Shown in pieces: positions 34,617-47,252 of a stretch of DNA of 64,000 nt. Location of the stretch: contig NIVC01000757.1 of assembly GCA_002269645.1 (NCBI GenBank), forward strand, positions 1 through 64,000. Direction: 5' to 3'. This DNA comes from Macrostomum lignano (Eukaryota). The notes beneath the pieces are model-generated. The model saw only the letters and a program-made list of their open reading frames with translations. It searched no databases and was not told the DNA's origin. Both the position numbers and the translations under genes were made by a program. The stretch's first letter is position 1. Each line of letters starts with the position of its first letter.

Positions 34617-36030
34617 ATGCAGCAAGCTAAAAAGCCAGGAAACAGTCACTTCTGCACAGCATTTGTTTGTAGCAACAGGGCCTCAAGTTCGTCAGCAATC
34701 TCATTTCACTCCTTCCCGAAGGACAATGATGTTAAGAAAAAATGGATAGCTGCTCGCCGCCGCAAAGATTTCAAACCTTCAAAGCATTCCAAGGTGTGCT
34801 CTGAGCACTTTATTCCAGAGTGTTTTGTGCAATCTCTAGAAGGATTTCACACCGGATTTGGTGTTGGAATCTTTCTGGACGGGAGGGTCATCGCTACCCA
34901 CGCTCAATACACTGGGGTCAACTCCAGTGTCTTCCAAAATGAAGTTCTGGCCATCAGCTCCTGCACTGCAGAGCTTCTCGCCACTGGCGTTACTGGTAAG
35001 AACATCATTTTCCATTCGGACAGCCAAGCTGCCTTGCACGCCATCAGTGGCTGCTGCACCAATTCTGCTACAGTCCTCGATTGTATCAGACTCCTCAACA
35101 TGTTGGGTTCCACCAACAAAATTACCCAAAATAACAAAATTTCCCTCTTACTGACTTCCACCAACAAAATTAACAAAATTACAAAATTACAAAATCACCC
35201 ACTAACAAAATGAGGGTTCCGGGGCATGTGGGGATCCGAGGGAATAAGTTGGCCGACACCCTTGCAAAAGTTGGTGCCTCCGGCTCCTCTCTCGGTCCCG
35301 AACCTCTTGTCCCGATTCCCGGCTGTGTCATCGACTCGCGCATCAAAGCGTGGATCAGGACTCAGCACCGCTCGACTTGGGCGAACTGCACCACCTGCAG
35401 GGAATCCAGAGGCGCTGTCCCTCAGCCCTCTCACCAGCTCCGGAAGCTCCTCTTGCGCCTCTCGCGTAGAGACATCCGGGCTGCCACCATGACCCTCTCA
35501 GGTCACGGCTGCTTCTCTAGGCACCAGTACTTGCAGGGCAACGCCACCAACGCCATCTGCAGTTTCTGCAACTCAGGTGACGAAACCGCTGAGCATTTCG
35601 TCAGCATCTGTCCCGCCTTTACGTGGGCCAGACTCACTTACCTCGGGCCACACACATCTATTACTGAAGCGTGCAAACCCGAAAACTTTAACCAGCTCAT
35701 GCGCTACCTTCGGGCCACCCGCAGGGCTGAACTCTCCTTTCCAGAGAGCACTATAGCTGCTGGCGACACTGGGGGATTCCCTGGGCGGCGCCAACCCTCC
35801 GTCAATAGCGACGCGTCGGCCGTTCAGGGATTAGAGGAATGGGCGCCCGCGCCTTCCCGCTGTGTCAAGTGTCCCCTCCGGGACAGCCCTGCAGCTAAGT
35901 CAAAGTAAGTCGTATTTCGGCCATTGGAACGGAAGCGACTCTATCCAGAAGCAGTGCCCTCCATTTTTCCCGGCTTTCCGAGTCATTTGAGTGACAGCAT
36001 TCCTGCGAAGACGAGAAAGACAATGACTTG
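34617..36030 (+). pseudogene. THAP zinc-finger remnant (P-element/THAP-transposon-like) split by a LINE insertion
   Basis: CTAFVCSN...FHSFP...W...KVCSEHF before ~34835. The domain resumes after the LINE tail as RKRLYPEAVPSIF at ~35930. Confidence 0.8.
34836..35908 (+). mobile_element. 5'-truncated LOA/I-group-like LINE (RNase H plus CCHC region plus 3' UTR)
   Basis: GFGVGIF...SSVFQNEVLAI...IIFHSDSQAAL...VPGHVGIRGNKLAD; SGHGCFSRH...CSFC...TAEHFVSICP; 3' end gccctgcagctaagtcaaagtaagtc. Confidence 0.85.
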
Positions 36031-37890
36031 GAGGCTTAATAGGCAGTGTCGGCCAGAGGTGGTTCATGCATCATGCGAGGGTCGCATGGCTGGGCTTCTC
36101 GCTCGTCGATCATCTGGGCTATTTTTAGGCTTGCAGGTCTTTTTCATCTGGGGGAGTTGCTGCCAAGGCTATATGCTTGTTCACGCATCACGCGCGTGTC
36201 GGCTGATTTCTCCCAACCTCTTGCTAACGGAACTTTCGCTTCACTTCAAGAGTACCCAGCAATATTGGCTATTTTTTATATAATGGACACTAAATAAAGT
36301 AAACAAGTTGTTTTCTAAGAAGACGCTAAAGTGAAGTTTTTTCTGACTATGCATACGCTCGTATAATGAGTCCAAAAAGTGACTATAGCTTTGTCTGTTC
36401 TTGTCTGCTCTTGGCGCTTGCGTCAACTTTGCTTTGTGGACAGTTTAGAAAATAGGAATCTTCTGCTGATTACACTTACGCAAAGGCATCAAAAGCACCA
36501 TTAGAGATCGATGGCGATACGCGTTTAATGATTTAACTGTGCGACAGTTGCGATTTGTTGCTACAATTTGCATTGTTATTTAAAAAGTTCTGATGTTCAA
36601 GCCAGTTTAATAGTATCCATACTTAATATTCCATTATCCAAAATGTTGTCACTTCGAAGGAAAGTTTCTGCAAGAAAAAATGATAGAAATTTAAAAGCAA
36701 ATTACTAAACTCTATCAATTACGATTTTCCTCATAGTACTGCTTGTGGTTTTATAGGAAACTAGCAGATTGGTCCCTCATCGGGGAGGTGTAAAGCAGGA
36801 GTTTATTAACCTTGATATATCGTATCAAGCTTTCTTGTTAAAGACCCCTTCTACGAGCTAGCAATCGCAACTCCCCTTGATCCTTTTCATTCCAGCAACT
36901 CCTTAAGCCGTGGCATCCTATAACTCAGCTGATTAAAAGTTGACCATTTTTTTAAAAAATCGTCTATATTATTATTTATCACACTAGTACTAGTACTTTC
37001 TGCACTAATTTTTCCGATTCTAAGTTTAGCTAGCAAGCTCATAAAATGCGGAGTGGACGATAGAAAACTGTCAGTTGCATATTGTTGTCCAGCTACGTAG
37101 GCTCTACGTTTCCTAGCTTAGGCTCAAAAAACAATAACCGTCATTTGAAACTTTGTCCACTTCACAAGCACTGGCTACTCCAGCGCAGCCCCAAGTACTT
37201 ATTCAAGCGTAACGCCCTGCTCTTGTTATCTTTGCCCGTCGAAAATTTGGTTATTTTCTTTTCTCTTTTCCATTTTCTTGCCCATCAGTTTAATTATAAG
37301 CCGTGCTCCATTTGATGCAAACAGAATAGACAATGAAAGCCGTGCGATTAAATTTCCTAGCTTTCGGTTAAAATGAAATTTCATGCACAATGCAGCTCAG
37401 CGCTGCAAGATTTACATAGATCAGTGTAAGCAAGTCTATTCAATGGCGATTTTTTCGACCCCTACAACCTGCATCAAATGATTCACAAATTATTAGCCTA
37501 CACGAATTCGGTGAGACGTGTAGGTTATTAAGATTACCACACGCTTTACTATGATTAATTTATATAATACACCTGAACTTTTCTACCAACGATGCTCTCT
37601 ACCAAACGCTAAATAAGTATATAATCACTGGAACTGTCTGGTATGCCAACAACAAGGTTTAAAATTATGACAGTCTATACTATTCTCGTTAATATTCTTG
37701 CAAAAACTTTCTCACGATTTCGAGTGTCTATTTAGAGTGTACTCTTTGTGACGCCTCAATAACAACGGCATAAAAAACACTTCTGGAAAGAACGAGGTCT
37801 GAGAATACGAGACACACCAATTACTCGTAGATGATGAATTCTAGAAAAAACCATACTCTAAGTGACAGCATAAACTTTCTGGGCGTTTTC

Positions 37891-37953
37891 ATTGGTCCAG
37901 CGCGTCATCTATTTATTTTTAGCATTCGATGAACTCTCAATAAAAGTATAAAA
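37891..37953 (+). promoter_or_regulatory. Reverse CCAAT, GCGTCA half-site and TATA box, paralog 2
   Basis: attgg 37891-37895, gcgtca ~37902-37907, tataaaa 37947-37953, about 70 nt before ATG 38020. Confidence 0.55.
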
Positions 37954-38019
37954 ACTCTCAGAGCAGACAGCCGATGCAAGTTTTCAACTGCAATAACCTC
38001 AAGCTGCTGAAAAATAACA

Positions 38020-39944
38020 ATGAAAACGACTATGCTGCTGCTTTCTGTGGCTCTGGCTGCACTGCTCAGCTGCTCTCACGCGCACAAGTCGTTCCAGTCC
38101 CGAATCCCGAACGGCGACCGCGTCCCGAACCCGTGCCAGCCAGGCGCCATCTGGGCCGGAGTCGGACACCAGAGTCCCGCCGGCGCTAACGCCAGAAACC
38201 CATTCGGCATGGACTTCAAGGCGGCCGGGCTCCAGTGGACGGTCGACCTGTGCCGCAAGGACTCGGACGGCGACGGACTCACGAACGGCCAAGAGCTCGG
38301 AGACCCCGACTGCGTGTGGAAGGTCGGTGCGGCTCCAGCGCGAACGACTGGACTGTCCCACCCTGGCATCTGCCCGCTCGACTCCGCGACGTGCAAGAAC
38401 TCGTGGACCGTGTGTCCGAAGGCCTTCAGCTGTCCAGCACTGGACGGTGCCAACGTGACCATGAGAAACCTCACCCTCAAACCGACTCCCGTGCCCGCCA
38501 ATGAGACCACCTACATCTGTCAGGCGTTCGAGCTGAACAACACAGCCTCTCCGGTTCACCTGATCGGATCGAGGCCGATCATCGACAACAAGAACGTCAT
38601 GCACCACATGATTATGTACGCCTGCAGTGTCAAGCCAGAACAGACGCTGTTCGATAATCCAAAACAGTGTTTCATGGCTCTTGGAAACTGCACCGAGATG
38701 TTGAACCTCTGGGGTTACGGAGTCAAAGGTGAGTGCTTCAACAGCAACGCGGGGTTCCGAATCGGCGGTGATGGCTTTCGGTACGGAGTTTTGCAGCTTC
38801 ACTGGAACAACCCGGCGAGGCATTCAGGCTACACCGACGCTTCTGGCTTTGCTCTTTACTTTACACAAAACCTGCGACCATACGACTTGGGAACTGTGAT
38901 GTATGGCGAGGGAAATCTCGTTCTCCCACCGCGACAGCCGTTGATCAGCGTGAACCACACCTGCCCTTCGGTGTGCACGAACCGGTACCACAATGAGACT
39001 CGCTACATCACCGGGGCAACTATCCACATGCACACCTATGGCATTAAAGGACGCATCTCGTTGTGGAGAAACGGAACTATGATTAAAGACCTGTCTCCTC
39101 TTCAAGTGTACGATTACAACTCACCGGAGATTCATGCTTTCGACCCACCGATCGAATACCGGAAAGGTGACGAAGTAAAGACCGAATGTTATTTTAACAC
39201 ACAAAAAACCAACGTTACTATCTTCTTTGGCGAAGGTACTAGCGACGAGATGTGCCTTTCATTTCTATATTATTATCCTAACGATGTCTCCGTGAGCACC
39301 GACGATAAGCTCGGACGCTGCATCGGTGTGTCGGGCATCAATTCGTGTTGGTTGCGGAGCCGCATCACTCCTCAAATCGAGAGGGGTTGCAACATCACCG
39401 CGATGCGAAACGGTGAAATCCCAAACCGAGTTTATTCTGAAATGGCCGCCAACAAGTGCTTCTCTCGAACGGGCTGCGACCCGCTGTGCCGCAACTACCT
39501 GGAGAACACTCTCTGGCCCAACAATGCCTGCTACGACCCGAAGCGTTCGCGTCAAATGGCCGAAGTGTTGGCTCTGGGTTTATTTCAGCTCAATTCAGCT
39601 GTTACTCTGGCCATATCGTCTACTCTGTTCGGTCAGCGATTTTGCGAGCAGGAGATCAAAATGCTGGCAGAGATGGACCGACCGGCTGCTCCAGATCGTA
39701 CAACAACCACCGCTAGGCCCCCGCTACTCCAACGTCGCAGAAGGGCGGCCTGAGCTCGGAGCACCTGCTGATCATCATCGTTGTGTGCAGCTGCCTGGGG
39801 TTCATTCTGATTCTGGCTCTGCTAATCTTTCTGTCAATCAAGTTGAAGGGTGCGAGCTCGGCTGCCGGGCTCAGCAGCGGACAGCAGGGCGCTCCGGACA
39901 AGTCGAGCGTCTATAAAGTGTACGACAATGAAGCGAGTGGCTGA
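38020..39944 (+). CDS. Temptin-domain / DBH-like copper monooxygenase, paralog 2; the TM and tail are out of frame at a C5 run (~39718-39722)
   Basis: The ORF 38020-39753 has the signal peptide, temptin domain and all Cu ligands (HHM, LHWNN, HMH, DEMC). One added C gives RPPATPTSQKGGLSSEHLLIIIVVCSCLGFILILALLIF...VYDNEASG* (39944), homologous to the paralog 1 C-terminus. Confidence 0.88.
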
Positions 39945-40499
39945 TGAAGAATCGCTGGTTGGATTCAGCTAACTTTAATCAAAAAGACCAGCTGTGACAC
40001 GGTGGACGATTGATCAGAGTTTGCTTATTTTTAAGAAATTTAGGTCTCGAAAATCTTTTTTTAAATGAGCTGTTTAAAAACTATCGATTTTTCACAACAC
40101 AATTTTTACAAGCGTATATGTGTAAACGGTTTTTATTGAATGAAAATTAATCTGGAACATTATAATTTTTCGTATATTTTTAATTTTAATTTGCAAAATA
40201 GTTTTTGTCTTACTGATTAAATATACCGCAAAAACATTGAAAATGAAAAGATACGAGTACTACTAGCATCGAATAACTACTTGATCAAAAAAGCTTGTCA
40301 CTGTTGATGCTGAATCTGTTGATGCCATTCGATGGATGGAGCCACCCTAGCAGCGTACATTGTCATTGTCACTGATGACACTGATTGTCACTGATTGTCA
40401 CGTACATTGTCACTGAAGATTTAATCGCCAGTGCGTTCAGAACCTTCAAGCCTTTCAAATCTCCTGGACCCGATGGTATCTGATTTCATGCGAGTTGAC

Positions 40500-42668
40500 A
40501 GCGATTCCCAGCACGCCTTTCGTACCGGTGTTACCGTTTAAAATCTCCGGGGCTCCTGTCAGTTTCGGGTCGCCGAAATGAAGGCATATGATCTAACAGT
40601 GTCTGCTACAGTATAGAAGTATGCACTATAAAATATACATGATTCTCTGTATAATTACTTTCGTATTATTTACCTGCCCAGCGAGAAGCCCGTCACCGAA
40701 TGTCGGCGGCTGTTGTAGGCGAGTTGAAAATCATTCAGCACGGAATCCGAGTTAGTTGGTTCCTCAGAATCACACCGCTGTCTCAGTAGATTAATGCACG
40801 TTTGGTTGAGGCACTGAGTTTCACCGTTTGTCTGGGGAAAGTTAGTGATCTGCTCGTACTTAACGACATGATGCTCTACAGAATATTAGAAGCATAAAAG
40901 ATTACTGCTAAGGTTACCTGTGGTTGGTAAGCGCTGGTCACTCTTTTTGTGTTTCTCCGGACTGCAGCAGGGCGTCCAAGACAAAGTTGCAACACTCGCG
41001 TCCCTGATCACTGAGAATCACCATTAGTCAGCCGAAAAGCGCAAAAATACTCTTTAACTCGGCTGCGATAGTCAGCGCTTTGATGTTCGGCAACGCCCGA
41101 AAAATGGCAAACTTTGTAAACTTGCAGCATACAGTCAGGGTATACTTGGAACCGTTTGGTGTGGTAGTCGGCATTGTGATGCAGTCCGTGCACAAAAACC
41201 CGAAGAGGCGCTCGCATTCCTGGGAACTTCAATGGGATTCGGTGTTTTGCTCTGGCAATCGGTGTTACAGGTATATCGGCATAGTACCTTGCCGTGAAAA
41301 GACTTACGGTGCTTTTCACGCCAACATGGCTTCCTTGAGAATGAAAGCTCAAGACATTTTCTGTAGAGTATTATATCTCCCAGAAAAGTTATTTAAAATT
41401 GTTAACGTACTACTTAAATAGTAGTAATTTGAGGAGCATGTATAAGGATATGCGCTGAACCATACATATATTCGAATTAACCAATATAAAGAGAGAAATC
41501 TCGAGCATGCTAATTTTAGAAATCACCCAATCACGTGCGACCAACAACTGTCAGTTCAAACCCCACCTTCAAGTCATCATTTGGTTTGCACTCGGGTTGC
41601 ACCCGGATGAACCAATCAAAGTCTACCAGCTACGGTAACCAATCATGCGCTTTTACAGTAGACTAGTTGCGCAACTTTCTACCCTGTCATGCTTGACAGC
41701 CACCGAATCGTGACCCTTTGACATTTGCGAAGACAGTGATGTACGACCTCGAGAGAGGTCTGAACGCCTATAAATACAAGTGGTCCGGAACGGACCCGGA
41801 GCCACAATTCCTCCGGAAGGAGAAGAGCTCCGAAGAGGAAGCCACAGTCGGACTTCCTGGACCAATACTCGGTCGGTTGTTGCGGTAAGCCTTCCTTATT
41901 TGCGCCTGTTGTTGTTAGAGACGTCTCGCTCAAGTCCAGTGTGACTTGAGTTTAGTTTGAGTCTGTTGAGACTCTTGAGTCTGTTTAGACTCCACTGGTT
42001 GCAGTCTCCAGAAGGACTGCCCCTGATAGATCTTAGAAGACTATCAGTGGTTTCCGGAGCTATTCCTAGAGTGCATAGAGGCACTGCTAGAAGAAGGAGG
42101 CTTAATTAAGACCGCAGTTTGGCGCAGGGTACCCATTGTTAATTTGGAAGCTTCCTATTGGTCCGAACGACAGATTCCGGCCGGAAATACTTCTAAAAGA
42201 GAGAAGAAGGAAACTCGGACCCGATCGACACCTGAAGACGTCTAGAAGTCTACGAGATCTACTGAGAAATCTACAGTTGAGAACGACTCAAGAACGAAAT
42301 CTAAGAATCCGGATTAAAGGTAATTGAATACCTTCATTTGATTACTGGGTTGCCTAGCTACAGAGCTAGAAGTGATTGTTCCTTGATTACAGTTGAGGAC
42401 TGGTAATAAGGAACACATCATTTCTTGCACTTCCTGCTCAGTAAACAGCACCTTGCGCTTGTCTTCGGGCTGCATGCGCTTACTGCCATCGTTATTTCTC
42501 ACCATGTAATACAATTCCCCATTGTGGATGCTAAAATTTCTGCTCTTTCCCTGATATGACTTTTCAAATTGATTTTTTCTCTCTGGCGTTTAAGTCGACA
42601 GGGATTTGTGCGCAGTCACTGTATAGAAGAATGTGATGTAACCACGCTCTGGTCGCGGGATAGGGCAT
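40500..42668 (-). pseudogene. Decayed intron-containing Gypsy-type integrase, Ginger transposon / GIN-like
   Basis: N-terminal piece ~42668-42420 (LNAREKKSI..RERA.NFSIHNGELYY...KVLFTEQE). H2C2 zinc region from 41360 (HSQGSHVGVKSTVSLFTARYY...C...CQ). Core TDCI...GSKYTLTV...FTKF...IFALFG*...SDQGRE...AYQPQ|TNGETQCLNQT...QLAYNSRRHSVTGFS, with an 86-nt GT-AG intron 40917-40832 (branch CACTAAC). Stops and frameshifts; catalytic E appears as Q. Confidence 0.75.
41665..42137 (+). mobile_element. Probable LTR plus primer-binding site of an LTR retrotransposon, inserted within the Ginger-like element
   Basis: TATAAAT at ~41769; imperfect inverted termini agttgcg...cgcagtt; immediately followed by tggcgcag (PBS-like) at 42120. 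Confidence 0.45.
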
Positions 42669-43499
42669 GGGAACTTTTTCGAAAGTGCCTCCTATCCCGT
42701 GCACCCTCTGCACAGAGCTGTCGAGACTCGGCCAGGTCTCCGACCGGGCCTGGAGACTCCCGCTCTGCTGCACCCCTCCTGCTGCCTTGGTCCCGTCTCC
42801 CCTGCCGCCACACCTGCCTTTCCGGAGCCCCCTACCCCTTTCTGTACCTCCCCCTCTACCCTATCTCTTCTGTTTTCCGCCCTATTCTTCCTGTACTTTC
42901 CCTATCCCCCTCTTTTTGTCTCCCTCTGCACTCTTTTCCTGCGCTGCCCCCTCTTTCTCTGTGTCTACTTACAGTATTTTGTGTGCTCACCGTCTCCCCA
43001 TCCCCTCTCAAACTCCCAAACGGTGACGCAAGTCGTGTGACCCCCTCTCCCCCTCGGTGACTCATCGATGACTCATCCCCCTCTCTTGCGCAACCTTTTC
43101 TCATGCCATTGTTCTCCTCCCCAAATTTCTCATGCGACACCCACCCCACCTCCGCTTCTATTGTTCTCGTTTTTGATTCTTTTGTTCTCTCGACCCCACC
43201 AATTATCACATTTTCTCCGATTTTCTCTTTCTTTTGTTCTCGTTTTCGCACCTAATTATCACCTTTTCTCCAATGTTTACTTTTCTATTGTTCTCAATTC
43301 TCCCCAATTATCCCCGTTTTCCAATTCCTTTGTTCTCGACCCCAGCCCTATTGTTCTCAATGGTTGCTTGTGCAATACTTTCGCGACCACCCGCTGCGCC
43401 AATTATCCCCCACCCCACCTCCGGATTGCGCAATTTCCCGATTTCTCATGTTGCTATGCCGGTCTCATGCTTCTCATCATGACTCATTCTGACGTCATT

Positions 43500-43900
43500 C
43501 TGCCGGCAGCCAATCAGAGAGAGGGAGCCATGGTAACGACCTTGAGGAGGCGGCTGTGAGGTGTATAAAAGGAAGCGATTTCGGCATGAGAATCCTCAGA
43601 CTCTTCCTCTCCTCGTCCTTCTTTGGACTTGCTGTCAGATTGAGTTCTGACCCATTCGTCTCTAAGACGAATCCCTGCCGGTCCGCGGTCTGTTACCGCC
43701 AAGTTATCCTTAGCTCCCCAAGTGAGCTCGCCTATCGGCCAGCGGTCTGATACCGCCCAGCATCATCAGCATCGCCTGATCTACATCAGCGCCTCGTCGC
43801 TCCAGCGCATCGCCGCTTCACTGTCTGCCTGACTGCAGCCTACAGCCGCCACCGGTCACTCCGCCTCTCTCTCTCTCTGTGCAGCTGCCGGTAAGTTCCT
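43500..43900 (+). mobile_element. LTR-like promoter segment (CCAAT, TATAAAAG)
   Basis: ccaatc at ~43510 and tataaaag at ~43564 with no adjacent host CDS. Boundaries are not defined. Confidence 0.3.
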
Positions 43901-46900
43901 GTTACTAATTTGTGCTCTAATTGTCTTTGCTTATCCGGGGTTTGCCTATTTCCCATTGTCTGATTAGAGAGCTGAGCCAATTGTGATACCGTATCTTTTG
44001 CTGTATTTTACTCAATAGTGAAGCCGCCTAATTGCCTAATTATTCGCCTAAAGGCCTAATTACTAACTACTAACTAACTTCATCATTATTCGATCTTTCA
44101 CCATCATTTAACTCATGGCTTGCTAAGCCTTTCTCCCGGGGTGGCAAAGCATAAGGAAGTTTGGGTAAGCTAATGGCCTCTCCCCGTGCAAAGCCCGCCT
44201 GTGAGTGCGTGCTGCGGGGCCGCGTGTGCGTGCAGTAGAGGGATTAGCGAGTCTTGGCACAGAATGACAGTAGGAAGGTTGCAACCCCATGCTGACGCGT
44301 CCCTTCGCCCTGAGCAATCTAAACTAGAGACAGTACATGTTCGCCTCATACTACTCTTAGTAATCAAAGTCGCAAGTCAGCCTCGCTCACAGCCACAAAG
44401 GATCCCCTGCTGAGAAATCCTCCAGGATTGAGCCCAGAGTTCCCGATCATGCCCCAAGCAGAGTCCCTGTACTCGGCTGCATGCGTCTCCCCTGTTAGCC
44501 TAAATCCCCTGGTAACCATTCCAGACGGGGCTCTAGCCTCGAGAGGTCTGGTAGAAAGATCCAGGTGCGCCAGGTCACATAGAGTGGTTGCAGCCACTCG
44601 GTCATACCATGACCGAGTGACCAACTATTGCACCTTGGCTACAGGTGGGGTCCATGTGGGTCCTTGGCCCTCTGGTCACGAAGCGCTACCAAAGCTACTA
44701 ATCATGTGGGCGGGACAGTCTGGTGCTGGAGGTCCGTCAGGTCATTGCCCGGTCATAGGCAGCCTACGGTCATTGCCCCCTCTAGCCAAGCGTTCGTCTC
44801 TCAATAGGAGCGGACAGGCGACAAGGGCGGTTACATCAAATATTTGATTCAAAGCAGCCATTTGACCAGTAGAAAGTAAGAAAATCGCAAACTGACAATT
44901 GCTCATCATATGTTTTTCACTACTTATATGACACAATCAAAACATTCGAAATATGCACAGAGACGAAGAATGATGCACAAGTCTGACCAAACCCTAAAGT
45001 TAGCCCTCTGGGGGCATGTGAATGAACAAATGTTCTAGATAGATGAACTTATCGAAAAAAAAGTTTTGCAAGCTAGACTACTCACGTGCTGAGTATAGCT
45101 CTTATTTTCTAAGATAATACTCCGCAGAGTCTAGCATGGCGGCGATCTCTAACCTTATCTTATGTCATGGTTTTTGATATCCGTGCGGGAGATCGTGAAG
45201 AGTTCAGGAGTGGTGATCAGTCACTCGAAAACTCCCACTTCCAAGACCGCAAGTCTGGGAACAGAATTTAGTGATCACTTACGGTTGCGGCTTGCGGGCT
45301 CCTCTTCTTGTATTCCTGTAGCGCGCTGTTCCTGTCATGGGCTTCTTATTTTCCTCAGGAGTGGATTTCGTCAAGTCTGAAGTCGGCTGTATGTGAGAGC
45401 AATTTTAATAAACGTATCAATTCGAATCATCGGCGTTAAAGGATTCCTCGAGCTCGGAACTCAATATCAGAAATGCGCCCTCACAATATCTAATCAACTC
45501 AATAACTATAAGGTCTTCCAAGGAAGGGCGTCTTCTTCTAGAAATAACGGAATCAGAGTCGTGTGCCCCTGGGTATCAAAAGTCAACGAACGTCTAAGAG
45601 TATCGGAATCGGTTAAGTGGATCCTATCCAATCCCTTAGGAATAGGGACACCTTTAAACTCGTAATTCGACAAGATTAATCGTTAAACAACCGCCGATAA
45701 TAACTCAGCTCTCAATATGAAATAACAAAGACGTCTTAGAAGGCTTACCAAACGGCAACATATTTCCTCTTAGAGATGTAGTCCCGAGGTGTCCAAACGG
45801 TTCCAATTTCTTTGGGACTGCTCAGAGTCTGCGGTTTTCCAGTCTCGCAGAACGCTTGTATTTATGCACAAATTCATGTAAACCGGTTTTCCCGGTTTAA
45901 TTGATGAGGTGAAACGGTCAGATTTTAGGAGTTTGACCCTTTGACAGTTGTGGTTTGAAGAGTAAAGGCTTGTTTATTTCATTGTACGCCTGTACTATTA
46001 CCCATGCTTCGCCAATCGCAACTGCCCCCCTCCGCGCCTCACACCACCTTTTCTCACTCCCTCCATTTTGATTGGTTATACCGTACGAGTACATTGAAAG
46101 TCATTCACACTTACAACCCTCCCGTTGTTGATTCATTGGTTACACTATAAATGGTAATAATGATTCACCCCTTCGTTATAAATAGTATCATGAGTCATTT
46201 CTTCTTTATAAATAGTAACATGAGTCATGACTCATACTTTAATTTTTGCTGCGCGTGTTTGCGTTGCTCTACTTACAGTAGCATTTTATGAATAAATTAC
46301 CCTCTAAAATATCTCCTTTTTACGAAAAATTCGTCCCGAATTTAAAATGGAAGGTTGAAAGGTATAAGAACTTGAGCATGTGTTTATAAAAACTATTTTT
46401 AACAAGTCTTGTGGGTATTTAGTTATGGGTAGTTACGAGCGTAGGTTATAAAAGTTAATTAAGACTAAGTTGATATACGCATGCAATGTATAATCCCAAT
46501 AATCAGACTTTAGTTATCACGGAGGGTCATTCAGTTATGATTCTTTTTTATTTCGGCAGTTAATCTCGCGGTTGGCCATGGCAAATTTTAAATGGGCTCG
46601 TATTCTGCTGATTCAGTTGCGTCTAGGAAGTCTAAGTAGATCTCTTCAGGCGTATTGTTCTTCGACGAAATCGCGTATTGGCATGCTGGTTTTGCTGCTA
46701 GAAGTCGAGCTGATACACTAGAAGTCTTCGGTATGTCTCGCTTTTGCCGTTTCATGGCTTCTTCTCAAGGATAGGTTCCATTTACCACTTTCAAGAACAT
46801 ACCTTTATCCATAGGCTTAAGCACTATTGGTATCTCTTGGTCGGATAGGATTAGTTCTTTTTGCATTTTAAGTGTGTGTAACTCGGTTGCTTAGGAAATG

Positions 46901-47161
46901 TAAGAGCTAGGTCTCCTGAGTCGGCAAGGAAGGTGTTGGATAGCAGTTTTCATTGAACAGTGTGGTATTTTTGTTGTTTGCAGTCAATTTCCGTTTTAAC
47001 CTCCTATGTGATGAAATTGTAGTGATCCGCTAGTAATCGTTAGGCGTCCCACTCTGTCAGCAGTTGCCCTCGCCTTCGCTCTCGCCCTGGGCTGCTGTCT
47101 GCCGCTGGGCAGCTTCCCGTCCCTTTGGTCTGTCTGCTGCTGCTCCCCCTTTCTGTTCCTC

Positions 47162-47252
47162 TTACTTGACTTACTTGACTTAGCTGCAGGGGGCTCCGTG
47201 CGTCCGGAAACAGCGAGGAGGCGTTGCCGCCCATTTCGCTAACCCCTGGCAA
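47162..47252 (-). mobile_element. 91-bp extreme 3' end of the LOA-like LINE with a (TAAGTCAAG)n tail
   Basis: Minus strand gccaggggttagcgaaatgggcggcaacgc...cctgcagctaagtcaagtaagtcaagtaa matches 8350-8416. 13-bp TSD ctttctgttcctc at 47149-47161 and 47253-47265. Confidence 0.85.

Noticed and set aside
46500-46900. Coding-like minus-strand stretch (MQKELILSDQEIPIVLKPMDKGMFLKVVNG...)
   Set aside because: Contains an internal stop, has no recognisable motif and no splice context.
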